Source: Gemmatimonadota bacterium (GTDB lineage Bacteria; Gemmatimonadota; Gemmatimonadetes; Palauibacterales; Palauibacteraceae). Taken from it: DNA of 33,608 bases. Position 1 is the stretch's first letter, and the number at the start of each line of letters is the position of its first letter. The notes beneath the pieces were generated by a model, which was given only the letters and a program-made list of their open reading frames with translations, searched no databases and was not told the origin of the DNA. Below are positions 10,273-19,710 of the stretch, piece by piece. Position numbers and translations under genes: made by a program. The stretch lies in the NCBI GenBank assembly GCA_023554435.1, contig JAMJQV010000253.1, positions 1 through 33,608 of the forward strand. Reading direction: 5' to 3'.

Positions 10273-11504
10273 CACGACCCGAGAAGATGGCCCAGCTTGT
10301 CCCGCTTGGCCTCGAGGTAGTCGTGGTTCAGGTCCGTCGACTCCACTTCCAGGGGGACCCGGCCGGTAATCTCGAGGCCGAAGCCCTCCAGCCCCGTCAG
10401 CTTCTTGGGGTTGTTCGTCATGGCCTGGATGCTCGTGAGGCCAAGGTCTAGGAGGATCTGCGCCCCGACGCCGTAATTTCGGAGGTCCGGCGGAAAGCCG
10501 AGCATTTCATTGGCCTCTACCGTATCGTGCCCCCGGTCCTGCAGCTCGTACGCCCGCAGCTTATTGAGCAGTCCGATTCCCCGACCCTCCTGGTCCAGGT
10601 ACACGATCACGCCACTGTCTTCTTTGGCGACCGTGCGCAGTGCTGCCCGCAACTGCCCACCACAGTCGCAGCGTCCCGACGCGAACACGTCGCCCGTGAG
10701 ACACTTCGAGTGAACCCGGACCAGTACATCGTCTCGGCCGGCTACGTCCCCCCGGACGAGCGCGATGTGCTCTTGATCGTCGACGAGATTCGAGTAGCCG
10801 ATCACGCGAAAGTCGCCATACGGAGTCGGCAGGGTCGCCTCTGCCACCCTTTTCACCAGGCGCTCGTGCTTGAGCCGATAGGCAATGATCTGGGCTACCG
10901 TAATGAAGGGCATCTCGTGCTCGGCGGAGAACCGCTCCAGCTCGGGACGCCGCGCCATGGTGCCGTCGTCGTTCAGGATTTCGCAGATCACTCCAGCTGG
11001 AGCGAGTCCCGCCAGGCGAGCGATGTCCATGGACGCTTCGGTCTGCCCGACCCTCTGCAGGACGCCGCCCGGTTTGGCTCTGAGCGGGAAAATGTGCCCC
11101 GGGCGAATGAGGTCGGACGGCCGCGAGTCCTCCGCGACCGCAACCTGGATGGTCCGAGCCCTGTCAGCGGCCGATATTCCGGTGCTGACTCCCAGCTCCA
11201 GAGTGGCATCGATGGACACCGTGAAAGCGGTCCCGTTGGGATCCTGGCCTCTCCCGTCGGACATCAAGGGCAGGTCCAGGCGATCCGCGATCTCCGGAGA
11301 CAGCGTCAGGCACACCAGCCCACGCCCATGCGTGGCCATGAAATTGATGATCTCCGGGGTAACGAGCTCGGCAGCGCAGACGAGATCCCCCTCGTTCTCT
11401 CTATCCTCGTCGTCGGCTACGATCACGAGACCGCCAGCCCGGATCACGTCTATCGCTTCACGAACCTTCTGATCTTCAGAGGACAACACCTGGCGAACCC
11501 CCAT
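10272..11504 (-). CDS. ribBA: bifunctional 3,4-dihydroxy-2-butanone-4-phosphate synthase / GTP cyclohydrolase II
   Basis: 410-aa ORF. VIVADDEDRENEGDLV marks the RibB half. HSKCLTGDVFASGRCDCGGQL and DQEGRGIGLLNKLRAYELQD mark the RibA half. Confidence 0.95.
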   Translation of the reverse strand: MGVRQVLSSEDQKVREAIDVIRAGGLVIVADDEDRENEGDLVCAAELVTPEIINFMATHGRGLVCLTLSPEIADRLDLPLMSDGRGQDPNGTAFTVSIDATLELGVSTGISAADRARTIQVAVAEDSRPSDLIRPGHIFPLRAKPGGVLQRVGQTEASMDIARLAGLAPAGVICEILNDDGTMARRPELERFSAEHEMPFITVAQIIAYRLKHERLVKRVAEATLPTPYGDFRVIGYSNLVDDQEHIALVRGDVAGRDDVLVRVHSKCLTGDVFASGRCDCGGQLRAALRTVAKEDSGVIVYLDQEGRGIGLLNKLRAYELQDRGHDTVEANEMLGFPPDLRNYGVGAQILLDLGLTSIQAMTNNPKKLTGLEGFGLEITGRVPLEVESTDLNHDYLEAKRDKLGHLLGS

Positions 11505-11516
11505 CTGGGTTTATAT

Positions 11517-12125
11517 TCAAGCCGAACCGGCATCCCGGTACGGTCGCAGCAACTGGTCCACGTACTTTCCCACGAGGTCGGCCTCGAGGTTCACTCTCGT
11601 TCCCCCCTCGAGCCGACTCACGTTTGTATGCTCCCATGTATAAGGGATGATCGCGACTTCCGCGACGTCCTGAAAGAGCCGGTTCACCGTTAGGCTGATC
11701 CCATCCATGGCAATGGACCCGTACAGAACCGTCAGTCGGGCCACTTCATCCGGCATCCGGAACCTGAGGAACACCGTCTCTCCTGCCTGCTCCACCTCTA
11801 CCATCTCACCGACACCGTCCACGTGGCCCTGGACCAGGTGTCCTCCCATTGGCTCGCCCGCCCGAATCGCTCTCTCGAGGTTCGCCTTCCGCCCGGGTCC
11901 GAATTCACCCAGCGTGGTTCGGGAGAGGGTGGTCCGTACGGACTCGAACGAGAACTCCTCACCTTCGATGGCGAACACGGTGTGACAGACCCCATCGATC
12001 GACAGGCTGTCCCCCTCTGACAGGGTGCCCGCCAGGTCCGGTGCGGAGAGTCGGAACCTGATCCCCTCCTCGAACTCTTCTCGCCGCAGGACGATCCCCG
12101 CCGTCTCAACCAATCCCGTGAACAT
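11517..12125 (-). CDS. ribE: riboflavin synthase (alpha chain)
   Basis: MFTGLVETAGIV N-terminus and internal duplication (GDSLSIDGVCHTV / GSIAMDGISLTV). ATG 12125 shares its A with the ribD stop TGA. An in-frame GTG at 12128 gives the GTGA alternative. Confidence 0.93.
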   Translation of the reverse strand: MFTGLVETAGIVLRREEFEEGIRFRLSAPDLAGTLSEGDSLSIDGVCHTVFAIEGEEFSFESVRTTLSRTTLGEFGPGRKANLERAIRAGEPMGGHLVQGHVDGVGEMVEVEQAGETVFLRFRMPDEVARLTVLYGSIAMDGISLTVNRLFQDVAEVAIIPYTWEHTNVSRLEGGTRVNLEADLVGKYVDQLLRPYRDAGSA

Positions 12126-13255
12126 CACGCAACCTCCATGAGCGCGTCAGTAGCGCGCCTGTCTTCCAGTTCAAGGAGCGTGTCATCTCCGAGAATCTCG
12201 CTCCGGACCACACTCCACTCGCCGGCCCCCACGGTCACGGCCGCCCCCACCGACGGCACTCCCTCGAGCCCAAGAACGATCGGAGCATAGAGGAGGTGCT
12301 GCTTGCGCACGAGATTCGCCGCCAGCATGGCAGCCGCCAGCCTCCCGCCGCCCTCGACCAGGATGGAACGCAACCCCCGGTCGCCCAGGGAGAGGAGCGC
12401 AGCATCCAGGGCCAGGCCGTCGCCATCCGCAGGTACCGGCACGACGTCGACACCGCATCTTTCCAGGTCGCGCCGCCGACCCGACGGAGCCGCCTCCCGG
12501 CACAGGATCAACACCGGAGCCTCGTCGACCGTGTCCACCAGTCGACTGTCCACTGGCGTTCCCAGGTCCGGATCCAGCACCACTCGGGTGGGGGGCACGC
12601 GAGGGGCACGCCCCATGCGCACCGTCAGGAGCGGATCGTCGACACATACCGTCCGGCCTCCGACCACGATGGCGTCGTGCGCGGCCCTCAGCCGATGGAC
12701 GTACTCCGTAGCCTCGCGTCCGGTAATCGTCGTCCGAACCCCGGGAGCCTCCGCGATCCTTCCATCCAGCGAGAGTGCCAGTTTCAGGGTGACCCACGGG
12801 CCATGCCCGAGTCGGTCCCATATGAACGCCTCGTTGAGCCTTGCGGCCTCGATCGCTCGCACGCCGCCCGAAACCTCGAGGCCCGCTTCGCGGAGCGCCC
12901 TGGCTCCGCCTGCCGCCAGCGAGTCGGGCTCCGCACAACCGAACACAACGCGGCCCACCCCGGCTTTCACGATGGCATGCGCACAGGGGGGCGTCTTGCC
13001 GTCGTGCGCGCACGGCTCGAGCGTCACGTACAGAGTGGACCCGGACGCATCGCCTCGCCCCCCGGCGAGTGCTACGATCTCGGCGTGGTCCGCTCCGAAA
13101 CGGGCATGGAATCCCTCGCCGACGACGCGCTCTCCGGATACCAGGACCGCACCGACCAACGGGTTCGGTGCGACCTGCCCCCACCCTTCGACCGCCAGCG
13201 CAAGCGCCCGACCCATGTGGAATTCGTCAGTAGCAGCCTGATTCGAGTCGATCAT
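12125..13255 (-). CDS. ribD: bifunctional diaminohydroxyphosphoribosylaminopyrimidine deaminase / 5-amino-6-(5-phosphoribosylamino)uracil reductase
   Basis: The ORF track gives 12125..13306. It has the deaminase zinc motifs HAEIVAL and TLEPCAHDGKTPPC, followed by a reductase half. I place the start at ATG 13255-13253, overlapping the purM stop (ATGA). Confidence 0.93.
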   Translation of the reverse strand: MIDSNQAATDEFHMGRALALAVEGWGQVAPNPLVGAVLVSGERVVGEGFHARFGADHAEIVALAGGRGDASGSTLYVTLEPCAHDGKTPPCAHAIVKAGVGRVVFGCAEPDSLAAGGARALREAGLEVSGGVRAIEAARLNEAFIWDRLGHGPWVTLKLALSLDGRIAEAPGVRTTITGREATEYVHRLRAAHDAIVVGGRTVCVDDPLLTVRMGRAPRVPPTRVVLDPDLGTPVDSRLVDTVDEAPVLILCREAAPSGRRRDLERCGVDVVPVPADGDGLALDAALLSLGDRGLRSILVEGGGRLAAAMLAANLVRKQHLLYAPIVLGLEGVPSVGAAVTVGAGEWSVVRSEILGDDTLLELEDRRATDALMEVA

Positions 13256-14289
13256 CCAGCCTGTTCCAGATGTACACGGCCCTGCCCCACCGATACTTCG
13301 CCGCAAACGAACGCGTGGGTGCCGGCGGCACGGATCTGCTCGATTACCCCCTCAGCCTCGTCGGGCTCGACGACCGCGATCATTCCCACTCCCATGTTGA
13401 GCGTGCCGTACAACTCGTTCGAGTCAAGCCCGCTCTCCCGTGCCAGCAAGTCGAACACCGGGCCCGGGCGCCAGCTCTCCAGGTCCACGGTGGCATCACA
13501 ATCCGCCGGCAGCACCCGCGACAGGTTTCCCGGAATGCCGCCGCCGGTGATGTGGGCCAGAGCACGGATCGATCCCCGTTCGCAGGGAACTGTCAGGGGA
13601 CGGAGATACGAACGGTGGACCTCGAGCATTACGTCGCCCACCGACCGGCCTGTGCCGGGATACTCATCATCAGTGTCGAGGCCCAGCCGGTCGAATACGA
13701 TCCCCCTGGCCAGGCTGTAACCATTCGTATGCAGACCCGTCGAAGGAAGGCCGACGAGCAGATCTCCCGCTGACACGGCCTCCCGGCCCGGCAGCGGCAG
13801 GGTGACCCGACCGACGATGAATCCCGCCAGATCGTAGTCGCCCGGATCGTACATTCCGGGCATCTCCGCCGTCTCGCCCCCCAGCAGAGCGCACCCGTTC
13901 TCCCTGCACCCGCGCGCGATACCCGAAACCACGTCGAACGCCACGTCGGGCTCCAGCGTACCGCAGGCGAAGTAGTCGAGGAAGAACAGGGGAACCGCGC
14001 CCTCCGCCAGAATGTCGTTGACACAGTGGTTGACCAGATCCTCGCCGACCGTGTCGTGACGGCCAGCCATGCGCGCTACGAGGACCTTGGTGCCCACACC
14101 GTCGGCACTCGCCACGAGCTCCGGGTCTCCGCTGAGCTTGAAACGACCCCCGAAGGATCCGAAGTCCCCGCGCACGGAGTCGGAGCGGGTCGAGGCCACG
14201 AGTGAGGCGAGGCGCTTCGTCAGACCCTCGGCCGCACGAATATCGACACCCGCGTCGGCGTAGCTGAACCGCTCCTGCTCGGAGTTCAC
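13252..14289 (-). CDS. purM: phosphoribosylformylglycinamidine cyclo-ligase (AIR synthetase)
   Basis: 345-aa ORF with SYADAGVDI, SADGVGTKV and DHCVNDILAEGA-like NHCVNDILAEGAVPLFFLDY motifs. The GTG start 14289 overlaps the argS stop (GTGA). Confidence 0.95.
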   Translation of the reverse strand: MNSEQERFSYADAGVDIRAAEGLTKRLASLVASTRSDSVRGDFGSFGGRFKLSGDPELVASADGVGTKVLVARMAGRHDTVGEDLVNHCVNDILAEGAVPLFFLDYFACGTLEPDVAFDVVSGIARGCRENGCALLGGETAEMPGMYDPGDYDLAGFIVGRVTLPLPGREAVSAGDLLVGLPSTGLHTNGYSLARGIVFDRLGLDTDDEYPGTGRSVGDVMLEVHRSYLRPLTVPCERGSIRALAHITGGGIPGNLSRVLPADCDATVDLESWRPGPVFDLLARESGLDSNELYGTLNMGVGMIAVVEPDEAEGVIEQIRAAGTHAFVCGEVSVGQGRVHLEQAG

Positions 14290-15989
14290 TCGCCCTCTCT
14301 TTCGAGTCTCTCCGGCGCCGAGATCCCGAGAAGCCTCAGGCCCGCACCGAGCGTGAGTTGAACGGCCCGCGCCAGCGCCAGCCTTGCCGGACGACTCGGG
14401 CCCTCGGCGAGCAACCTGCGACTCGGGTCCAGATTCCCCTCGTGGTACCAGGCGTTAACCGCACTGGCCAGCTCCTCGAGGTAGCTGCATATCTGGTAGG
14501 GAGCCCTGGCGCGCGCCGCCGCGCGCACCCGTTCCTGGAACCTCAGCACCGTCATCAGCACGAACCGCTCCGTTCCTGGCCCCAGAGCTGCCAGGTCGGC
14601 GTCCGTGAGAACGAGTCCTCCCGGATCCACTTCTCCCCTTCGGAACACGCTGCACATGCGCGCATGAGCGTACTGGACCTTGTAGACCGGATTCGCGTCC
14701 GAGGTATCCAGGGCCAGGTCCAGATCGAATGTCATGGGAACTTCCGCACGACGCATGAGGAAGAAGTAGCGAGCCACGTCAGGGCCGGTTTCCGAGAACA
14801 GATCTCGCAGGCTGACGAACTGCCCCGCACGTTTCGACATCCGAACTTCTTCTCCGCCCCGCATCACTGTCACAAGCTGGATCAGCAGGACTTCCAGGAA
14901 GCCCTCCGCAAGGCCCAGTGAGTCCAGGGCGGCCTGCATGCGGGGAACGTGTCCGTGATGGTCCGCGCCCCACACGTCGATGGCCCGCTGGAAGCCCCGC
15001 TCTTCCTTGTCGAGGTGATAGGCGATATCCGACACGAAGTACGTGTGAGACCCGTCGCTCTTGACCAGGACCCGGTCCTTCTCGTCACCCAGGTCCGTCG
15101 TGCGAAGCCAGACAGCCCCGTCGTCACGGTAGGCCCGTCCCGACTCCATCAAGCGCGCCAGCAGACCTTCGACGTCACCCGTCAAGAACAGGGATGACTC
15201 GTCGAACCAATGATCCATGTGGACACCGAAATCCGCCAGATCCTGTTCCTGCCCGGCACGGAGGAGATTCGCCGCTCTCGCGCTGAGCAGGCGCAGCCGC
15301 TCGGAACGTTCGAGCACCTCCAACTGCGTGTCTCCAAGCTCCTCGGCGAGGCCCCTGGCGATATCCCGGATATATTCGCCCTGGTAGCCGCCCTGCGGCA
15401 GCTCCACGTCCGCTCCACGCGCCTGCAGCCAGCGCGCCTCGATCGACTCTCCAAGCAGCTCGATCTGTCGCCCGGCGTCATTGACGTAGAACTCCCTCTG
15501 GACTTCATGGCCGGTCCATTCCAGAAGCGATGCCGTGGCGTCTCCGATGGCCGCGCCTCTACCGTGAGCGACGTGAAGCGGTCCGGTAGGGTTGGCCGAC
15601 ACGAACTCCACGTTGTAGCGGAGGGGCTCGCTCGCTGACGACCGGCCCCAATCCTCGCCGAGCTCGAGGACCGAGCGCAGTCCCTTCCACAGCACCTCAT
15701 CCGAAAGGCTGAAGTTGAGGAAGCCCGGGCCGGCAATCGACACGTCCGCAACACCCGTCGACTCCAGCTCCAGGTGCTCGGCCAGCTGGGCCGCGAGCTC
15801 TCGCGGAGCTCGCCCCAACCGACCTGAAAGAACGAGGGCCGCGTTGGATGCGAAGTCACCGTGACTTGGATCCGCCGGTCTCTCCACCTGCGGGGAGAAG
15901 TCACCCGGCGCACCAATGGCGATCGCCGCCTCCCGCAAGGCCTCTGCTAGAGCGCGCGCAGGAGCGCTTCGGACGTCAGCCGTTTCCAT
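14286..15989 (-). CDS. argS: arginine--tRNA ligase
   Basis: The ORF track gives 14286..16127. It has a class I HIGH-type motif (SANPTGPLHVAHGRGA), an MSKR KMSKS-equivalent (VRMSKRAG) and the DALR anticodon-binding end (YEGNLD...). I place the start at ATG 15989 (METADVRS...). The longer ORF overlaps the upstream zinc-ribbon gene. Confidence 0.94.
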   Translation of the reverse strand: METADVRSAPARALAEALREAAIAIGAPGDFSPQVERPADPSHGDFASNAALVLSGRLGRAPRELAAQLAEHLELESTGVADVSIAGPGFLNFSLSDEVLWKGLRSVLELGEDWGRSSASEPLRYNVEFVSANPTGPLHVAHGRGAAIGDATASLLEWTGHEVQREFYVNDAGRQIELLGESIEARWLQARGADVELPQGGYQGEYIRDIARGLAEELGDTQLEVLERSERLRLLSARAANLLRAGQEQDLADFGVHMDHWFDESSLFLTGDVEGLLARLMESGRAYRDDGAVWLRTTDLGDEKDRVLVKSDGSHTYFVSDIAYHLDKEERGFQRAIDVWGADHHGHVPRMQAALDSLGLAEGFLEVLLIQLVTVMRGGEEVRMSKRAGQFVSLRDLFSETGPDVARYFFLMRRAEVPMTFDLDLALDTSDANPVYKVQYAHARMCSVFRRGEVDPGGLVLTDADLAALGPGTERFVLMTVLRFQERVRAAARARAPYQICSYLEELASAVNAWYHEGNLDPSRRLLAEGPSRPARLALARAVQLTLGAGLRLLGISAPERLEREGE

Positions 15990-16251
15990 CGGAGCCGCTC
16001 TTTCCAGTATCTGCCTTCCCGCCTTCTTCGCCCTTCTTGCCTTTCGCTGATTTGCTCCCGCCGCTGCCCCCACTTCGATAGTCCGTCGCGTAGAATCCCG
16101 GGCCTTTGAACACGAGGCCGCCGCCACTGGAGATCAGGCGCCGGACCTTCCCTTTACACTCGGGACACAGGGAAATCGGATCTTCGTTGATCCCCTGAAA
16201 TCGCTCGAAAGCGTGGCCACATTCGCGACACTCGTACTCGTACGTCGGCAT
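15976..16251 (-). CDS. FmdB/CxxC_CxxC_SSSS-family zinc-ribbon protein with Gly/Lys-rich tail
   Basis: MPTYEYECRECGHAFERFQGINEDPISLCPECKGKVRRLIS matches the putative regulatory zinc-ribbon family (two CxxC pairs). The start is ATG 16251, with AAGGA upstream. The tail is GGSGGSKSAKGKKGEEGGKADTGKSGSDGNG. Confidence 0.8.
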   Translation of the reverse strand: MPTYEYECRECGHAFERFQGINEDPISLCPECKGKVRRLISSGGGLVFKGPGFYATDYRSGGSGGSKSAKGKKGEEGGKADTGKSGSDGNG

Positions 16252-16277
16252 GAGTTCCTTTCTCTTCCTTGACCGGG

Positions 16278-17840
16278 TCAGGCTGCCCGGTACGGACCCC
16301 ACAGCCCGACCAGCCGACCGCTGATCTCGCCCAGGGTGGCCCTGACTTTGACCGCTTCTACCATGGCGGGCAAGAGGTTGGCGCCGGACCCGGCCGCGGC
16401 GACGACATCGTCGAGCGTTCGCTCCACGAGATCCGAGTCGCGCCGGCTGCGAACCTCATCCAGGCGCCTGCGCTGGGCCTTCTGCAGATTCTTGAAATCC
16501 GGCAGTGAGACGGGGGCCCGGGGTTCTTCGTCCTGGTAGACGTTCACGCCCACGACCCCCCGATCTCCGCTCTCGACCTCGAGCTGCCAGGCATAGGCGG
16601 CACGATGGATCTCGTCGGTCATGAAGGGGATCGCAGCCGCAGCGCCTCCGATGTCCTCAATTCGCTCGAGATACGCCCGTGCCAGTTCCTCGACCTGGTC
16701 GGTAAGGCTCTCCACGTAATACGAGCCTCCCAGCGGATCCACCGTATCTCGGACCCCCGATTCCTCCGCCAGCACCTGTTGCGTCCGCAGTGCCAGGCGG
16801 GCTGCCTCGGCTCCTGGGAGGGCCAGGGCCTCATCGAAACTGTTCGTATGCAGGGACTGGGTCCCCCCCAGTACGCCGGCCAGTGCCTGGACGGCAACCC
16901 GCACGACATTGTTGAGCGGCTGTTGCGCCGTGAGGGTCGATCCCCCCGTCTGCGTGTGGAAGCGAAGACGACAACTCCGGTCCGAGCCCCCGAACTCCTC
17001 CTTCATCATGCGAGCCCAGAGTCTTCGAGCCGCCCGGAACTTCGCCGCCTCCTCGAAGAGATGATTGTGAGCGGCGAAAAAGAAACTCAATCGTGGGGCG
17101 AATTCGTCGACCTCGAGGCCGCACGCCACGGCCCGCCGAACGTATTCCCTGCCGTTGGCGAGGGTGAACGCGATTTCCTGCGCAGCCGTCGCACCGGCCT
17201 CACGCATGTGGTAGCCGCTGATCGAAATGCTGTTCCAGCGCGGAAGCTCCGCGGAACAGAAGGCGAAGATATCGGTGACCAACCGAAGGCTGGGCTCCAC
17301 GGGATAGATGTACGTTCCGCGGGCAATGAACTCCTTGAGGATGTCGTTCTGTACGGTACCCGAGAGGCTGCGGCGCTCCACTCCACGGACATCAGCTGCC
17401 GCGACGTACATCGCCAGCAGAATCGCGGCGGTCGCGTTGATGGTCATCGATGTTGACACCCGGTCGAGCGGGATCTCGGCAAACAGCCGCTCGACATCGT
17501 CCAGCGTGTCTATCGCTACCCCAACCCGCCCTACCTCTCCTTCGGCCCTCGGATCGTCAGAGTCAAGCCCCATCTGCGTTGGCAGGTCAAAGGCGACCGA
17601 CAATCCGGTCTGACCGGAGTCGAGCAAGTAGCGGAAGCGCTCGTTTGTCTCTTCCGCGGTCCCAAACCCGGCATACTGACGCATCGTCCAGGCGCGGCCG
17701 CGGTACATGTCCGGATATACGCCGCGCATGAACGGCCACTGACCGGGCTCTTCCCGATCAGCCACGGGTCCGTCGGCGGGTCCGTACACACGCTGGATCG
17801 CGATGCCCGACGTTGTGCGTGGGTCCGCTTTGTCCGACAT
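16278..17840 (-). CDS. methylmalonyl-CoA mutase, catalytic (substrate-barrel) chain without B12-binding domain
   Basis: 520-aa ORF with [36 protein letters not shown] and [19 protein letters not shown], the acyl-CoA mutase large-subunit pattern. No C-terminal cobalamin-binding DxHxxG domain is present. Confidence 0.9.
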   Translation of the reverse strand: MSDKADPRTTSGIAIQRVYGPADGPVADREEPGQWPFMRGVYPDMYRGRAWTMRQYAGFGTAEETNERFRYLLDSGQTGLSVAFDLPTQMGLDSDDPRAEGEVGRVGVAIDTLDDVERLFAEIPLDRVSTSMTINATAAILLAMYVAAADVRGVERRSLSGTVQNDILKEFIARGTYIYPVEPSLRLVTDIFAFCSAELPRWNSISISGYHMREAGATAAQEIAFTLANGREYVRRAVACGLEVDEFAPRLSFFFAAHNHLFEEAAKFRAARRLWARMMKEEFGGSDRSCRLRFHTQTGGSTLTAQQPLNNVVRVAVQALAGVLGGTQSLHTNSFDEALALPGAEAARLALRTQQVLAEESGVRDTVDPLGGSYYVESLTDQVEELARAYLERIEDIGGAAAAIPFMTDEIHRAAYAWQLEVESGDRGVVGVNVYQDEEPRAPVSLPDFKNLQKAQRRRLDEVRSRRDSDLVERTLDDVVAAAGSGANLLPAMVEAVKVRATLGEISGRLVGLWGPYRAA

Positions 17841-17843
17841 GGC

Positions 17844-18362
17844 TCACCTCTGCTCGAGTTTCAGCAATACCGCATCGCGCTCCACCGCCTGGCCGGGGCT
17901 TACTTCGACGGAGAGGACGGTTCCGGGCGCATCCGCGCGGAGTTCGTTCTCCATCTTCATGGCTTCCATCACGACCAGACTGTCACCCTTCTCCACCTCG
18001 TGGCCTTCCTCGACCTCCACCCGGACGATGAGACCAGGCATGGGCGCCCGAAGATCCCGCCGCGTCTCGACGGGGGCCACGTGCGAGGCGAGCTCCCGGA
18101 TGTGGCGTGTCCGCTCGTCCTCGACGAGGACCTCGAAGAGTCTGCCCTCCAGTTCGATAATCCAGCCCGCACCCTCGCGTCGCGCGAACAGTGAAAGGGA
18201 GCGGCCTTCCATCCGGAGGAGTTGTCGGTCAGACCCCGGGAGTGTCGAAATGTCCGCTTCAATCGGCTCACCGTCGACCAGCAGGCGGTCGGCCTCGACC
18301 ACGACCTCGCGCGCAGTTTCCCCAAGCCGTGCGAAGTATCGAATGGCGGAATCAGAGGTCAC
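17844..18362 (-). CDS. biotin carboxyl carrier protein (BT-like N-terminal part plus biotinyl domain) of the acyl-CoA carboxylase
   Basis: 172-aa ORF. The C-terminal biotinyl domain reads APMPGLIVRVEVEEGHEVEKGDSLVVMEAMKMENEL and has the AMKM biotinylation motif. The start is GTG, with GGGAGGG upstream. Confidence 0.85.
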   Translation of the reverse strand: MTSDSAIRYFARLGETAREVVVEADRLLVDGEPIEADISTLPGSDRQLLRMEGRSLSLFARREGAGWIIELEGRLFEVLVEDERTRHIRELASHVAPVETRRDLRAPMPGLIVRVEVEEGHEVEKGDSLVVMEAMKMENELRADAPGTVLSVEVSPGQAVERDAVLLKLEQR

Positions 18363-18378
18363 GATACCCTCCCGCTGC

Positions 18379-19710
18379 TCAACATCGGTTCAACCATGCT
18401 ACCGTCTCCACGTGCGCGGTCTGCGGGAATGCGTCGAAGGGTTGCACTTCGTCCACACTCCATCCGGGCTGCAGTCGTCCCAGATCGCGGGCCAGCGTCG
18501 CCGGGTCACAACTGACGTAGGCCAGCCTCTCGGCAGACCCTGTGGCCAACTCTTCGGATACCTTGCGCGACAGGCCGGCACGCGGCGGATTGACCACAAC
18601 CAGGTCTACGGGCAGCAGTTCAGCAATCCGGTTCTCGACCCGATCGGCAATCACGGCCAATCGTCCGCTCGATCCGCCTGCCGCCTTTCGGCACGCGCCG
18701 ACCGCCCGCTCGTCCACCTCGCAGGCAGTCACGTGCGCGCCCTCGTTCGCCCACCGGATCGCCCTGGCGCCGACCCCCGAATACAGATCGAGAATCCGCA
18801 AGCCTCCGACATCTCCTGCCCGGACATCCAGCCACCCGTCCAGACTGGCGGACACCTCCCGGTTCACCTGGAGAAACACGTCCGCCGGCAGATCGAATGC
18901 GGTGCCCTGCCATCGATCAGCCAGAGTATCTTCTCCGGCCAGACACCGGGGGACGTCCCGCGACCCACCATGATGCCACCCGACAATCCCCGGCACCTCC
19001 TCCATCAGGTCTCGCAGGGCCTCCGCACCGGTGGGCCTGCCGCCCCGCACGAGTACATCGACGGCGCCGTCGATGGCGGAACGCACCGTGATCCGCGTGT
19101 CAGGTCCGACGGGAGGCTCGCAGATACCCCCGGCCCAAGCCCTCCGCATCCCGTCCCATGCCTCGACGATCGGATCTTCGGCCAGGAGGCACTGCCGCAC
19201 GTCGGCCAGGGCCCCGGGGTCGTAGATCGTCCGGAAACCCGCCACCAGAGTGCCGTCGCTCAGCCCGGATGAGAATGTCACACGATTGCGATAGGCGAAT
19301 TCATTTCCGCTGGATATCGGATCGGGCACCTCCACATCGAGGCTCCCGATGCGCCGCAGAGCACTCTCGACCAGGTCGCGCTTGCTCCGCCTCTGCTCCG
19401 CGGGAGTGAGATGCTGGAGACGACACCCACCACACTCTCCGTATACCGGACACAGGGCCTGACGTCGCCCGTCTCCGCGATCCACGTACTCCCGGACCCG
19501 CCCTCTCGCCCACCGCGGCTTCGCCTCGACGATCTCCACTCGCACGACATCCCCGGGTGCGGTCCGCGGAACGAACACGACGCGACCGGATTCCTCACGC
19601 CCCACGCCGTCGCCTCCGGCCGCGATGCGATCCACTCGGAGTGTGGCGAAGGCACCCACGACGGCCGGCTCCTGGTCCTTGATCGGGTCGCTCCCGAGGC
19701 CCGTGCTCAA
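18379..19710 (-). CDS. RumA/RlmD-family (uracil-5)-RNA methyltransferase (TRAM domain + 4Fe-4S + SAM MTase)
   Basis: The ORF track gives 18379..19737. It has a TRAM-like N-terminus (GDGVGREESGRVVFVPRTAPGDVVRVEIVE), the Cys cluster CPVYGECGGCRLQHL, the SAM motif ILDLYSGVGARAI and the catalytic YVSCDPATLARD. I favour a TTG start at 19710-19708, which overlaps the accC stop (TTGA) and lies 5-6 nt after GGGGAGG. The GTG at 19737 is the alternative. Confidence 0.85.
   Translation of the reverse strand: MSTGLGSDPIKDQEPAVVGAFATLRVDRIAAGGDGVGREESGRVVFVPRTAPGDVVRVEIVEAKPRWARGRVREYVDRGDGRRQALCPVYGECGGCRLQHLTPAEQRRSKRDLVESALRRIGSLDVEVPDPISSGNEFAYRNRVTFSSGLSDGTLVAGFRTIYDPGALADVRQCLLAEDPIVEAWDGMRRAWAGGICEPPVGPDTRITVRSAIDGAVDVLVRGGRPTGAEALRDLMEEVPGIVGWHHGGSRDVPRCLAGEDTLADRWQGTAFDLPADVFLQVNREVSASLDGWLDVRAGDVGGLRILDLYSGVGARAIRWANEGAHVTACEVDERAVGACRKAAGGSSGRLAVIADRVENRIAELLPVDLVVVNPPRAGLSRKVSEELATGSAERLAYVSCDPATLARDLGRLQPGWSVDEVQPFDAFPQTAHVETVAWLNRC

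Noticed and set aside
4312-16302. N-terminal extensions of track ORFs: ptsI to 4359, EIID to 5462, EIIB to 6917, nusB to 10222, ribD to 13306, argS to 16127 and the zinc ribbon to 16302.
   Set aside because: Each extension overlaps the upstream gene out of frame and is Arg/Gly-rich. Each also precedes a start codon that both matches the family N-terminus and forms a tight or NTGA junction.
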